IMG/VR virus record: IMGVR_UViG_3300037400_005125
Coordinates: 25,721 to 89,720 of that record
Length of the DNA stretch: 64,000 nucleotides
Direction: 5' to 3' (one strand)
Source: a virus
Taxonomy: Duplodnaviria > Caudoviricetes
The notes under the pieces are model-generated. The model was not told the origin of the DNA. It did no database searches and saw only the letters and a program-made list of their open reading frames with translations. Position numbers and translations under genes: made by a program. Below, piece after piece: positions 28,642 to 39,057 of this stretch. Each line of letters opens with the position of its first letter. Within the stretch, counting starts at the first letter, position 1.

Positions 28642-30592
28642 ACCTATAATTATTCTCAATTATCAGTTGTTCCATAAAACAGTTATATATCTTGAATGAC
28701 TTGATATACCCTATGAAACTACCAGCAAAGTTCTTCTCAATAGGATAGACCCTGGTAGGATTCAACATATAGTTCTGTTGTATTGTCTCCGCAAGACCTT
28801 GTGTTCCACCACCAAGTGATATATTGTATGGGACACCTTCTTGCTTCTCATAAAGCTCATGTAATGCCTTCATATTAAGTTCTGGAAGGTCTTTTGTAAT
28901 ATAAACAAGCTTACCGTTAACATAGAACATGATTTTCATCTTACCCATAAAGAACTGAAGTCTTGCCATTACTGTAACCCACTCACAATCAGGTATTACA
29001 TTTTCGAATGAATAGCCTTCTTCAATACTTGACTTATCCCTTCCTTCTTTACTACAATCCATCGTAAGAAATCTATATCCAATTTCACCATTATCAGTAA
29101 TCCTGAATGCAAGAGCATTATTGTATATATCATTATAAGGGTTATAGTTGTTAGCAGACTGGTCTCTAAGCTCATCAATAGTGTTTACAGTATATCCTGT
29201 CTTTGTCCTATTCATAAGGATAAATAAGTTTCCTGTAAACTGACTTCTCCTACCATAATACATTATCTGAGTACCTTCAACCCAATCCTTGATTGTATGA
29301 CCTTTCTTAGTCCTGTCAAATATCATGAATTTATTATCAGTATAGAAGTAATACTGATTTGCCTCGAACAGATTAAACCCATTGTCAGTATAATATTCAA
29401 AATCAGATATATCAAGTTCTGCCTCTATATAATCAGTAGCCTCATCAACAGACAATAACTCACTTGTATCTACTATATAATCATCACCGAATTCAGTTCC
29501 CATCTTCAGTGGATTTGGGTCAAATGTATCTTTATCCTTCTTTACCTTTTTATATGATATAGGGCATCCGCATCCTTTAAAGAACGGCATTAACGTATAA
29601 TCTGGGTCTCCTATTTCATTACAACACCAAGTAAGAACTGTATGTGATGCACTTTCGTCTATTATTTTTGGTTTTTTCTCTGAAGGTATCTCAAGGTAAT
29701 CATACATATCATTCCAATCACAGTAATCATCAGCATACAAATCATCATTGTAGTAACTGTAATTCGTATAATCACCAAGTTCAAATGGGTCATACCCATC
29801 GAAGTCTATTACTGGAGTGCCGAAGTTGCCTATTATATGGTCTTTCTTATCAATTTCTCCGTCTTCGACAAAATCATCAACACCAAGTTCATAGCAAGCC
29901 TCAAGACCATCTACATCATCTTTGTCATAAGCATAAATCCACTTATTCTCAGACCTAGTTCCAATGTAAAAGAAAATACCCTTATTCTCTGGGTACTTAT
30001 CATTAAGCGTTTTATCTGACTCAGGCTCAAGGTCACATTTCTTCAGGCTAAACTCGAAATATATATTATCACCACTTTCGAAATTTGATGGTAATACCTG
30101 ATACTTATCACATTCAGTCTTGAAAAAACCCTGGAAAAAGCCACCATTAAATTTAGTTTGGCATTCCTCAATAGTTAAAGGATATTCATATTGTAATGTA
30201 CTCCCACTTACAGCGTGAAGTTTAAGCCTAGTATCACCTTCTGGTATTTCATATTTGTTACTCTGAAATATCTTCACAAAATCTTTATTAGATATTCTAT
30301 CCTTCCTAAATGAGAATAAACCATTATCAACACCAGTGTATGTTATGTTATGAAGTGTATACCCACTTGCAAGTGCTTTATCCCAACTATATGCGTTTTT
30401 ACTATAAACCCACTCTGAGCCATCAGTGCATTCTTTATCACACATATCTATATAAGAGATAAGACAATCATCGTATAACCCATTCAGTTTTGTTAAACCG
30501 AAAGAGTCTTTATTAACGAAGAAATCCCAATATTCATCCCTGTTAATTCTCAGTTTTAGGTTATGATAGTTATTTACCTTTAAATTTGCCAT
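28619..30592 (-). CDS. Putative virion protein with C-terminal LamG/concanavalin-like segment
   Basis: EWVTVMARL..KIMFYVNGKLV..ISLGGG..FIGYIKSFKIYN; late-type motif upstream. Confidence 0.5.
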   Translation of the reverse strand: MANLKVNNYHNLKLRINRDEYWDFFVNKDSFGLTKLNGLYDDCLISYIDMCDKECTDGSEWVYSKNAYSWDKALASGYTLHNITYTGVDNGLFSFRKDRISNKDFVKIFQSNKYEIPEGDTRLKLHAVSGSTLQYEYPLTIEECQTKFNGGFFQGFFKTECDKYQVLPSNFESGDNIYFEFSLKKCDLEPESDKTLNDKYPENKGIFFYIGTRSENKWIYAYDKDDVDGLEACYELGVDDFVEDGEIDKKDHIIGNFGTPVIDFDGYDPFELGDYTNYSYYNDDLYADDYCDWNDMYDYLEIPSEKKPKIIDESASHTVLTWCCNEIGDPDYTLMPFFKGCGCPISYKKVKKDKDTFDPNPLKMGTEFGDDYIVDTSELLSVDEATDYIEAELDISDFEYYTDNGFNLFEANQYYFYTDNKFMIFDRTKKGHTIKDWVEGTQIMYYGRRSQFTGNLFILMNRTKTGYTVNTIDELRDQSANNYNPYNDIYNNALAFRITDNGEIGYRFLTMDCSKEGRDKSSIEEGYSFENVIPDCEWVTVMARLQFFMGKMKIMFYVNGKLVYITKDLPELNMKALHELYEKQEGVPYNISLGGGTQGLAETIQQNYMLNPTRVYPIEKNFAGSFIGYIKSFKIYNCFMEQLIIENNYRYEKNNVK

Positions 30593-30653
30593 ACACTTGT
30601 CATATTATTTCTCATAAATAAATATTTATTTAATAATAAAACCAGAGAATTAT

Positions 30654-30914
30654 ATGAAGATAATTGCTTTAAATGAGTCACAGTATAAAAGGCTATTTGA
30701 AATTGATTCCTTTGTAAGAAGTGGTGGTGATGAAAACCAGACACCTACATCTGATTTCCACACAAAGGATGAAATTACAACAACGGCAAAAATAAATGGA
30801 AAAGACGGTAACGTAAAAGACTCTCTTCCACCAGGAGGAATTGGAACTAATGACCCACGTCAGCAAGTTCCAGGTGACACATTATATACTATACACGGTA
30901 GAGGATTTAAATAA
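30654..30914 (+). CDS. Small protein with leader-like MKIIALNESQYKRLFE
   Basis: ORF track; TATTTATT upstream. Confidence 0.65.
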   Translation: MKIIALNESQYKRLFEIDSFVRSGGDENQTPTSDFHTKDEITTTAKINGKDGNVKDSLPPGGIGTNDPRQQVPGDTLYTIHGRGFK

Positions 30915-31507
30915 TGGCGCTTATATTTGAACTTCAGAACCAGGACAACAAGGTTCACATATCTAAATATGATGCAGACTTCTTCAAAGGTGTGAAGAAT
31001 TCTCCTACATTTGATGCCCTTCTATCACAGGGCATCCCTGGAACACGTATAGTTAAGAAACTTGGTGCTGATGATAAAAAATATAATGACAAATCATCAA
31101 AGAATGATGACAAACAACCAGAGCTTTCAAAAAATTCAACACCTGAAATAACAGCGACAGATGCTTCAACTAACCTTCAGAGAATAAAGGACGCAAAAAA
31201 CAAATATGGTGATTCTCCAAAAAATTCAATTATAAACTCTCCTGCTGGAAAGAAAATGGAGGATATATTTAAAAACGTTCTAAAAATAACTTCAAGAAAA
31301 AACAGGCAAGTTCAACCCGTTAAACCAGTAAAGCCAACTGCAAACGGTGGAACTAAAGTTGAACCAGCGAAGGCAAAGGAAATTGAAATGCCAAAAGGAA
31401 CTATACGACTTGCAGCATCAGTAGAACCAAAGAAAGTGATGGATGAGGGTAAAAAAATCTATCTGTCTGAGGAACAGCTACTTAAAATAAAAGGACAAAT
31501 AGAATAG
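30914..31507 (+). CDS. Hypothetical basic protein
   Basis: Coupled to previous gene (TAATG); ends KKIYLSEEQLLKIK. Confidence 0.65.
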   Translation: MALIFELQNQDNKVHISKYDADFFKGVKNSPTFDALLSQGIPGTRIVKKLGADDKKYNDKSSKNDDKQPELSKNSTPEITATDASTNLQRIKDAKNKYGDSPKNSIINSPAGKKMEDIFKNVLKITSRKNRQVQPVKPVKPTANGGTKVEPAKAKEIEMPKGTIRLAASVEPKKVMDEGKKIYLSEEQLLKIKGQIE

Positions 31508-31511
31508 AGTT

Positions 31512-31955
31512 ATGGCAAAAAATCCAATAGAAAGAACACTTGATAATATTGGCAATGTTGTACAGGATATATTCAATGGTACTACAGAACCATCGACAAC
31601 TAGTAGCAGAGTTACAACTGGTCAGACTTGTCTTGAAAAAATGGGTATGACTCTTAGGGCACAACACCTTAGGCAAAATATGTGGAGAAAGAATGATATT
31701 GAATATTCAAAGCCACTAGTTCTAGCAGAGTATGCTGTTCAAACAGAGTTTAAAGTTAGCACTGCTGATGAAATGCTTGAAGAAAGAAAAGAAAGGTTAG
31801 AGGAAAAGGAAGCAAAAGCTGCTGCTAAGAAAGAGGAAAAAAGAAAAAAGAAGGAAGAAAAGCTCAAGAAAAAGCAAGAAAGTGTTGCTGGTGTTCCGAA
31901 AGAACAACAGCCAGGTGGTAACAAAACATTAACTGAACCAGTTGAAAAAACTTAA
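31512..31955 (+). CDS. Hypothetical protein, partial paralog of 32022-32441
   Basis: Shared GQTCLEK.GM motif; Lys/Glu-rich tail. Confidence 0.65.
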   Translation: MAKNPIERTLDNIGNVVQDIFNGTTEPSTTSSRVTTGQTCLEKMGMTLRAQHLRQNMWRKNDIEYSKPLVLAEYAVQTEFKVSTADEMLEERKERLEEKEAKAAAKKEEKRKKKEEKLKKKQESVAGVPKEQQPGGNKTLTEPVEKT

Positions 31956-32021
31956 TAATAGCATAATTTATTCTAGAAACTATTTATAAGAAAAATAAAA
32001 TATTTAAAATTTATAGAGAAT

Positions 32022-32441
32022 ATGGCAACAGTAGAAAACGGACAGACCTGTCTTGAGAAGAGGGGTATGGAAGAAAGACACCAGGAAATTACACGTAGTG
32101 ATTATAACATAGAGAATCAGTACGGTGCTACTCACCCAGATGCAATTAGCGACGGTGATGCACAGGGTAAGGGCACTGGTCACGGTGGTCACACCCATTT
32201 CCTTCCAGACTGTACAAAACCAACAACAACCATCAACTACAGCAACTTCGATTCTGAGAATGGTGGTGGATACTACGACATTGAAGGTAGAAATGGCATT
32301 AGTGGTCGTAAAAGAGCAATGGCTACTTCACTTTACAATAAAGAGGCACAGTACGGTCCAACCCTTGTTGATACAAGCGCAAACGTGGCAGACGGACAGT
32401 ATTATGTTGGTCAGCAGATAGGTCAGAAAACAACAAAATAA
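32022..32441 (+). CDS. Hypothetical (probable virion) protein
   Basis: GQTCLEKRGM motif; TATTTATA upstream. Confidence 0.7.
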   Translation: MATVENGQTCLEKRGMEERHQEITRSDYNIENQYGATHPDAISDGDAQGKGTGHGGHTHFLPDCTKPTTTINYSNFDSENGGGYYDIEGRNGISGRKRAMATSLYNKEAQYGPTLVDTSANVADGQYYVGQQIGQKTTK

Positions 32442-32461
32442 TCTGTAATTAAACAGACGAA

Positions 32462-33379
32462 ATGAGGCATATAGACCTATCATTATCTTCAGTGCTTGAT
32501 AGACTCCTGAACGAAGATATGGTCAAGAGAAGTAACAAACCTGTTGGAAACTATTATTCAACAGTTACCGAACGACTCAAAGACGCTATCAAGTTCAGGC
32601 GTTTTATTAGCTTAAACTACGATGACAGAAAGGGTGATAAGGGTACTGTAAGAAACCCTGATGGTTCTCCTAAATGGGGAAACCCTAGAGCATATCGTAG
32701 ACTGATACCTTATGCCCTTTATATAAGTAACCAAAACGGAGAATTGACTCTAAGATGTTTTCATTATAGTAGTAACCATACAAAAAGAGGACCTGAAAGA
32801 TGGAAAGAAATGGTTGTTAATAAAATGAAGAACGTAAGAATACTAAAAGCTGAATTCAGTGAAGAAGACCTCCCAAGTAATATTAACAAAGAAGGTGATA
32901 AGCATGCTGCTCATCTAATAACGATGGTTGATTTCAGGAGGAATCCACAATCTGAAGAGGATGTATTTATTTCTCCACTTGAAAGGGAAAGAATGAGATA
33001 TAGAAATGATAAGAAAGGTTTCTCATCTGAAGATTTATATACAAATCAGCAAGGTCCTGTAAAACAGGTTGTTCCAAATGTCAAGACTGGCAGAAACTTG
33101 AAAACAATGAGAAATCTAGGAAAACCAGGGAAAATTGATTACTCAAAAGCTTACGACGCTTTCAAAAACTCAAATGGAAGTAATGCATTAAGAGACTGGG
33201 ATAGAGCTGAAGCTGAAAGGGCTGTTGAAAGAAATGACCAACAAACACAGCAAAACAGACCTGTAACGCCAGTACAAAACAATTCTGGACCTGTAAATAC
33301 TAGAAGAAACGTTAACGATAACGAAGACGAAGAAAACTGGGATGAATATTTAAATAGACCAAACAATAATAATTTCTAA
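32462..33379 (+). CDS. WYL-domain-like protein with disordered C-terminus
   Basis: LKDAIK.RR.ISLNYD..R.LIPYAL....L.C....W+.M.V.KM.NVRIL pattern. Confidence 0.5.
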   Translation: MRHIDLSLSSVLDRLLNEDMVKRSNKPVGNYYSTVTERLKDAIKFRRFISLNYDDRKGDKGTVRNPDGSPKWGNPRAYRRLIPYALYISNQNGELTLRCFHYSSNHTKRGPERWKEMVVNKMKNVRILKAEFSEEDLPSNINKEGDKHAAHLITMVDFRRNPQSEEDVFISPLERERMRYRNDKKGFSSEDLYTNQQGPVKQVVPNVKTGRNLKTMRNLGKPGKIDYSKAYDAFKNSNGSNALRDWDRAEAERAVERNDQQTQQNRPVTPVQNNSGPVNTRRNVNDNEDEENWDEYLNRPNNNNF

Positions 33380-33391
33380 ATAAGATAAAAA

Positions 33392-34030
33392 ATGGCAATA
33401 AACGCAGAAGAGAGAAAAGCCAGGATTGCAGCAGCAAGAAATAACTCCCTTAGGCTTATGAAAATGGATGCAAATGGCACGCTAGATAAGCTTATGGAAG
33501 GTAGGGCTGACGATATAAACAATTCACTAATGAGCGACGATGCAAATCTCACCAGTGAAAGCCTTATGAGGGTTAAAAGAAATACTAGTAGCGAAGGAAT
33601 TCCTACTGGTAAGATGGGTGTCGCAGCAGCTAATGTTCCGTCAATAATCAGAGAATCATTCAGTAAGAATCCACCAGTTAGTGAAGAAACAGTAACTTCA
33701 TCGGTTCTTGATGATATGTTCGGACTTATGGATGTAGAGCCTAAGCAACAAAGGCAACAGATTAGAGAACAAGCTGCACCAGTACAACAAAGTTACGCAA
33801 GTAACGGTGGTGGCGTAGATTACCCAATGATTAGGACTATTGTTGAAGATATTGTTAGAAAATATTCTCAGTCACTAAAAAAGAACATCATAACAGAAAA
33901 CAAAGGAACTGAAATTAACACAATAGCATTGGGTAAAAATTTCAAATTCTTGGCAAATGATGGGTCAATATACGAATGTACAATGAAAAAAGTTGGTAAT
34001 ATAAACAATAAGAAGAACGTTAACGGATAA
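33392..34030 (+). CDS. Hypothetical protein
   Basis: 212-aa ORF followed by terminator at about 34013-34045. Confidence 0.7.
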   Translation: MAINAEERKARIAAARNNSLRLMKMDANGTLDKLMEGRADDINNSLMSDDANLTSESLMRVKRNTSSEGIPTGKMGVAAANVPSIIRESFSKNPPVSEETVTSSVLDDMFGLMDVEPKQQRQQIREQAAPVQQSYASNGGGVDYPMIRTIVEDIVRKYSQSLKKNIITENKGTEINTIALGKNFKFLANDGSIYECTMKKVGNINNKKNVNG

Positions 34031-34119
34031 CGTTCTTTTTTTTTATAATTTCTATTTACTAAACATTTATATCTTTTATTTTTTCTAAAAACGATAATAA
34101 AATTTTTAATATATTAGAA

Positions 34120-35337
34120 ATGGATAAGAAGATTAAAATGTTGGTAATTCCTTCCGACAGGACAGGAGTTGGTAAGTTTAGGTCAGTTGACCCTCACGTT
34201 TACATTGGTGAACATTATGCTGATGAATTTGACGTGGATATTGTTTATGACATGCCAAAAGGCAATCTTGAGGATTTCCTAAAGCAATATGACCTCATAC
34301 ACATACATAAACAGCTTGATAGTCAATGTAAGGTTATTGACCTTATAAAGTTTCTTGGTATTCCAGTAATCATTGATATTGATGACCACTTCAAACTTGG
34401 AGAAGACCATCCAATGTCTATTACAGCAAAGAAAGAAAGATGGCATGAGCCAATAGTTAACCACCTGAAAAGAGCTGATTACGTAACAACAACTACACCT
34501 ATTTTCGCCAATGTATTGAAGAAGATAAACAAGAATGTTATGGTATTCCCTAATGCCATTAATCCAGAAGAACCTCAATACGCAGTTTCAAAGAATCAGG
34601 GTGATGATAGACTAAGGGTTGGTATCATCTGTGGTTCTTCTCACTTGAAGGATTTACAACTTATGGATGGTGTTGCAAAAAAAGTTAATTTGAACAAGGT
34701 ACAGTTCGTACTCTGTGGGTTCGATACAAGGGGCAATAGAACAATCTATAATCAGCAAACTGGTGAAAAGACAACAAGACCAATCCTTCCAGAGGAAAGT
34801 GTTTGGTGTGATTATGAAAGGATTTTCACTGATAACTATAAGACGATATCACCAGAGCATAAGGACTTCCTTATGAAGTATATGGCTAATGTCGATGACC
34901 CATTCACAAATGAACCATATCGTAGAATGTGGACTAGAGATATTAACAACTATGCGACTCATTATCAGAATGTTGATGTACTAGTAGCACCACTTAAGGA
35001 GAATGAATTTAATGGAGTTAAGTCTGAGTTGAAGGAAATAGAATGTGGTTTTACACACACAGCGTTCATAGGGCAGAACTTTGGAGCTTATACAATCAAT
35101 CTAGTACCAATGATTGAGAAGGGTGGAAAAATTAATGAGGAAGGCACTGCACTACTGGTAGATTCATCGAAGAACCATAAGCAGTGGGCTAAATACATCA
35201 ATAAGCTTGCAGATGATAGGGATATGTTGAAGAAGTTACAGGATAACCTATATAACTTTGTAAAGGATAGATACTCACTTGCTGAGATTTGTAAGAAGAG
35301 GGTTGAATTTTATAAAAAAATTGTTGGTGCTGAATAA
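34120..35337 (+). CDS. Glycosyltransferase, GT-B fold (GT4-like)
   Basis: IIDIDDHF, ADYVTTTTP, VFPNAIN, DVLVAPL..NEFN.VKSELK.IE. Confidence 0.8.
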   Translation: MDKKIKMLVIPSDRTGVGKFRSVDPHVYIGEHYADEFDVDIVYDMPKGNLEDFLKQYDLIHIHKQLDSQCKVIDLIKFLGIPVIIDIDDHFKLGEDHPMSITAKKERWHEPIVNHLKRADYVTTTTPIFANVLKKINKNVMVFPNAINPEEPQYAVSKNQGDDRLRVGIICGSSHLKDLQLMDGVAKKVNLNKVQFVLCGFDTRGNRTIYNQQTGEKTTRPILPEESVWCDYERIFTDNYKTISPEHKDFLMKYMANVDDPFTNEPYRRMWTRDINNYATHYQNVDVLVAPLKENEFNGVKSELKEIECGFTHTAFIGQNFGAYTINLVPMIEKGGKINEEGTALLVDSSKNHKQWAKYINKLADDRDMLKKLQDNLYNFVKDRYSLAEICKKRVEFYKKIVGAE

Positions 35338-35550
35338 TAAAAATGGAGGTAGAATTTCTACCTCCTTATTGTTTTTATTGATAAATATTATATAATTACT
35401 AAATAATAATATATTAAATAATATTAATATATGGCCTATATTATATAATATATATTAAATATTTTCTATTTTAAAAAATTAGTATATTACTTGTTTTTTT
35501 AATATTTTTTATATATCTTTGCACAAGTAGAGACGAAAATTAACTTTTTT

Positions 35551-36291
35551 ATGGAATTAAAACCACTTAAACACTACTACAGCAAGGAACTTAAAGATTG
35601 CCTTCGTGATGGCGATAACAAATACATAAAGGAATATACCACAAATGGATTTAAGAAATCTTACCAGATGTGGAATGATTATTCTCATGAATCTATTGAT
35701 AAGTTCTTCAGCGATTTTATTAAAGAATATCCAGAGGAATATCTAATTGAGAATTGTAAGAAATGTCATCAGGTGATGAGTCATGTAAACTTCAACAATC
35801 TATTTGATATTTTACTCAGAAGACTTGTTATAGATGCTTTCATTGGGTTCAAAGCTGAAGATGTTGTAAGGGAGAATCTTATGAAACATGGTAAAAAAAT
35901 TCATGATTATAAAATTTTATCAAGGAAAAATGAAATTGAACTTGATACAAAATATGGTATCGATATGATGACATTCAATGATAATGGGGTTGAAGCATTT
36001 TTCCAGGTTAAAAATACATCTACATTCAGTCATGATGGAAATTACATAAAAGGAATAAGAAAAGAGTTCTTTGATAAGGAGTATCAGGCTAACCAGTACT
36101 TTGGTGGTGAAAAGTATAAAATGTTAATTTTTTATATATACGACAAGGACGCATTCATAAACGATGGAGAGTTCAGGTTTTTTATTAACCCAGCTGTTGA
36201 TAGATGTGGTTTCTTCCTAGACCATTTAATCAGAAGGGACGGGAGTTTAAAATTGAATGTAAAACAATTAAAATCAAAGGTATTATCATGA
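35551..36291 (+). CDS. Hypothetical protein, possible PD-(D/E)xK nuclease
   Basis: G.KAE..V..LD.KYGIDMM..FFQVK; TATCTTTG promoter at 35514. Confidence 0.45.
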   Translation: MELKPLKHYYSKELKDCLRDGDNKYIKEYTTNGFKKSYQMWNDYSHESIDKFFSDFIKEYPEEYLIENCKKCHQVMSHVNFNNLFDILLRRLVIDAFIGFKAEDVVRENLMKHGKKIHDYKILSRKNEIELDTKYGIDMMTFNDNGVEAFFQVKNTSTFSHDGNYIKGIRKEFFDKEYQANQYFGGEKYKMLIFYIYDKDAFINDGEFRFFINPAVDRCGFFLDHLIRRDGSLKLNVKQLKSKVLS

Positions 36292-36854
36292 TTACAGATG
36301 AAATTAGAGAAAAAAATTATGCATTGTTTTTGAAAAAGCTTTCACAGTTGGGAATTGATACAAAAGCTCTTGATGAAACAATAGGTGATAAATTAAAGAA
36401 CGGAAGCTTCTCGAACATTAATGATTTCGGTAACGCTTATCCAGGTTCTCTCATTGAGATTGTGCTGAAGGTTCTTACACCATATGCAGTAAAACTTAAT
36501 GAATTGCTTCCAGACGAGCAAAAGGTTGATAAAAACACATTAGTTAAGATTTGCTTATTGCACCACATAGCAAAGGCTATAAGATTAGTTCCTAATGATA
36601 ATGAATGGGAGGTTGAAAAACGTGGGATGGTATACAAGTATGACAGTGGTCAGCCATCTATTAGAACTGGGCTTCATTCACTTATAATAGCTCAGAACGC
36701 TGGAATACCTTTCACAGCAGAAGAGGCAGAGGCAATGACAACTAATGACAGAGATTTGACAGATGACCAGTCAAGATGGCACTCAAGCGTTATGTCAACA
36801 ATCGTTAGACAGGCTAACGAATTAACTTATATTCAGATTAATCAGAAAAAATAA
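36288..36854 (+). CDS. HD-domain-like phosphohydrolase with degenerate motif
   Basis: AYPGSLIE.V, KICLLHHIAK (HDIGK-like), AEAM, L..ANEL; start at ATG 36288 overlapping the upstream stop. Confidence 0.55.
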   Translation: MITDEIREKNYALFLKKLSQLGIDTKALDETIGDKLKNGSFSNINDFGNAYPGSLIEIVLKVLTPYAVKLNELLPDEQKVDKNTLVKICLLHHIAKAIRLVPNDNEWEVEKRGMVYKYDSGQPSIRTGLHSLIIAQNAGIPFTAEEAEAMTTNDRDLTDDQSRWHSSVMSTIVRQANELTYIQINQKK

Positions 36855-37495
36855 TGGAAAATAACGATAGAGAGATAATACATGGGGATGACAGAAAGGA
36901 CTTCATGACTCTTGTGAAAGAGGCAATTGGTCAAGCTATATTTGAAGTCAAATTCAAGAAACTTAGAGAAGATGCTGTAATTCCCAAATATGCACATGAA
37001 GGTGATGTTGGAATGGACTTAACAGCAGTAGATGTTGAATATGATGCTGATAATGATGTTTATGTGTATCACACTGGTCTCGCATTTGAAACAGATTTAC
37101 ATTATGGCATATTTTTATTTCCAAGAAGTTCAAATAGAAAAACAGAGGCATATCTAGCAAATCACGTTGGTATTGATGATTCAGCAACATATAGAGGTGA
37201 AATAATGCTTTGTTTCAAAAATAGGACTTCATTGAGGCAGGTTGCACTTGAGAGTAGAATGATATCGTTCTGGAACGCAATCGAAGATGGAAAAAGCGTT
37301 GAAGAAGCAACTAAAGAAAGTATTAAAGCATGGACTGAAGCAATGAATAACCCAATGTTATTTGCTCCATACAAAGTTGGTGACAGAGTAGCACAAATGG
37401 TTGCATTTGCTTATCCTAACGTTAGGCTTATTCAGAGAGATGAATTGTCCGATACTGCCAGGGGCACAGGTGGATTTGGTTCAACAGGAAATTAA
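36854..37495 (+). CDS. dut: Trimeric dUTPase
   Basis: GMDL, FPRSS, GIDDSATYRGEI, GDRVAQ and RGTGGFGSTG motifs. Confidence 0.93.
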   Translation: MENNDREIIHGDDRKDFMTLVKEAIGQAIFEVKFKKLREDAVIPKYAHEGDVGMDLTAVDVEYDADNDVYVYHTGLAFETDLHYGIFLFPRSSNRKTEAYLANHVGIDDSATYRGEIMLCFKNRTSLRQVALESRMISFWNAIEDGKSVEEATKESIKAWTEAMNNPMLFAPYKVGDRVAQMVAFAYPNVRLIQRDELSDTARGTGGFGSTGN

Positions 37496-37504
37496 TATAA
37501 TAAT

Positions 37505-38032
37505 ATGACACCATTACAAGTATTTTTATCTTATGCCAAAATAAGAGGCATAATGCCAGAGTTAATAAAGATTGGTTCTAGGGAAGCAGTAGACTTTTAC
37601 AAATATTCAGGAGTAACAGGAAGATACGAAAGGGTTAATGCAAAGTTCCGTGATGTATTTGACAATCATTTTAAAAATCACGGATTTGGCTGGACTCTAT
37701 TCAATTCATTACTTTACAATTTCCGTAATGTAGATACAACATGGGATGATAAATTGGAAAAAGCGCATAGGTTATGGTCTGGGTTTGTAAGAAACAATAC
37801 ATATCTTGACAATATGAAAGTTGGTGATAAAGTAAAGTTTGTGTCCTGGAACAATGAAAGAGAAGGCACAATTCTTGATATATCAAAAGATTATTCCAGG
37901 ATAAAAGTTGCTTTTGATGTTGGTAGTAGTATTACATTTATAAATTTTGGTAATATTACTGAAATTAACGGAGAAGCGTTTGAGCCATGCTTTCATATAA
38001 AATGGAAAGGAAAAGAATATGGTATTAAGTAA
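37505..38032 (+). CDS. Hypothetical protein
   Basis: 175-aa ORF followed by terminator at about 38039-38070. Confidence 0.65.
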   Translation: MTPLQVFLSYAKIRGIMPELIKIGSREAVDFYKYSGVTGRYERVNAKFRDVFDNHFKNHGFGWTLFNSLLYNFRNVDTTWDDKLEKAHRLWSGFVRNNTYLDNMKVGDKVKFVSWNNEREGTILDISKDYSRIKVAFDVGSSITFINFGNITEINGEAFEPCFHIKWKGKEYGIK

Positions 38033-38093
38033 AATTATATGGTTAAGAGTTGATTCTTAACCATTTTTTTTTATTTTTTAAACAAAAAGTGTT

Positions 38094-38783
38094 ATGGAGA
38101 CAAATATTGGAGTAATTTTCTGTTCTAAGGAAAAAGATAACGAGAAATTTATAAACCACATTAAGGATACTTGTGGTTGCGATTGCCATGTATATTCGAT
38201 ACATAATCCAGAAGGTGTTAGCCTTTCTAAGATTTATTCTGATATGCTTAAGTCACCTGATATTCATGAGAATGTAGTGATATTCATTCATGATGATATT
38301 GAATTCCTTAGGAAAAACTGGGGTAAAGAAATACTAAGATTATTCAACGAGCATGAAGATTATGGAATTATAGGTGTTGCTGGCTCAGCACAATTTGATG
38401 CCAATGCAGCATGGTGGAATTATGATAAGAAATTTGGTCAGGTTTTACACAGAAGCGAAGGAAATTCATGGCTTACAGCATTCTCACCTCTTCTTGATAA
38501 GGACCTTCAGGAAGTTGTTGTAATAGATGGACTCTTTATTGCAATACAGAAAGATAGAGTGTCTGAGAATTTCAGTGCTGATTTGGAAGGATTTGATTTT
38601 TATGACATATATTTTTGTCTATCAAATTATTTTTCAAAGAATAAAAAGAGTAAGATTGGTGTGACCACAAATATAAGGGTTGCACACAATTCTATTGGTA
38701 AACTTAAACCAACATGGTACACTAATAGGAACATTATAAATGAGCTTTTTGGTGAGCATTATCCTATTGATATATTAAAATAA
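38094..38783 (+). CDS. Glycosyltransferase, GT-A fold (Glyco_tranf_2_5/StrF-like)
   Basis: IFIHDDIEF, GIIGVAG, VVVIDGLFIA, FDFYDI.FCL. Confidence 0.75.
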   Translation: METNIGVIFCSKEKDNEKFINHIKDTCGCDCHVYSIHNPEGVSLSKIYSDMLKSPDIHENVVIFIHDDIEFLRKNWGKEILRLFNEHEDYGIIGVAGSAQFDANAAWWNYDKKFGQVLHRSEGNSWLTAFSPLLDKDLQEVVVIDGLFIAIQKDRVSENFSADLEGFDFYDIYFCLSNYFSKNKKSKIGVTTNIRVAHNSIGKLKPTWYTNRNIINELFGEHYPIDILK

Positions 38784-38789
38784 TAAGTT

Positions 38790-38805
38790 TGGCACGATTT
38801 TTGCT
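38790..38805 (+). promoter_or_regulatory. Sigma54-type -24/-12 promoter consensus
   Basis: TGGCACGATTTTTGCT matches TGGCAC-N5-TTGC(A/T) exactly, in a short intergenic gap. Confidence 0.6.
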
Positions 38806-39057
38806 ATGAAATTAAAGGACATGAGTTTGGAACAGTTGTTTACTTTGTATAATGTTGCAACTGATATATGTAGGGAATATTCCAAGATGACAGACGGATA
38901 TATTCTTGCTACTGGGGATAATGTTTTAGACCCATTGAATTCAATACCATTTGAAATGCAGAATACGATTAATGAAAGGCAAGAGTATTTTGCGATAAAG
39001 GACAGATTGACTAATGAACTTAAGAATAGGTTACTTACAGAAATTGAATATGAATAA
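38806..39057 (+). CDS. Hypothetical protein (start may be ATG 38821)
   Basis: ORF track; ATG 38806 abuts the -12 box. Confidence 0.6.
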   Translation: MKLKDMSLEQLFTLYNVATDICREYSKMTDGYILATGDNVLDPLNSIPFEMQNTINERQEYFAIKDRLTNELKNRLLTEIEYE

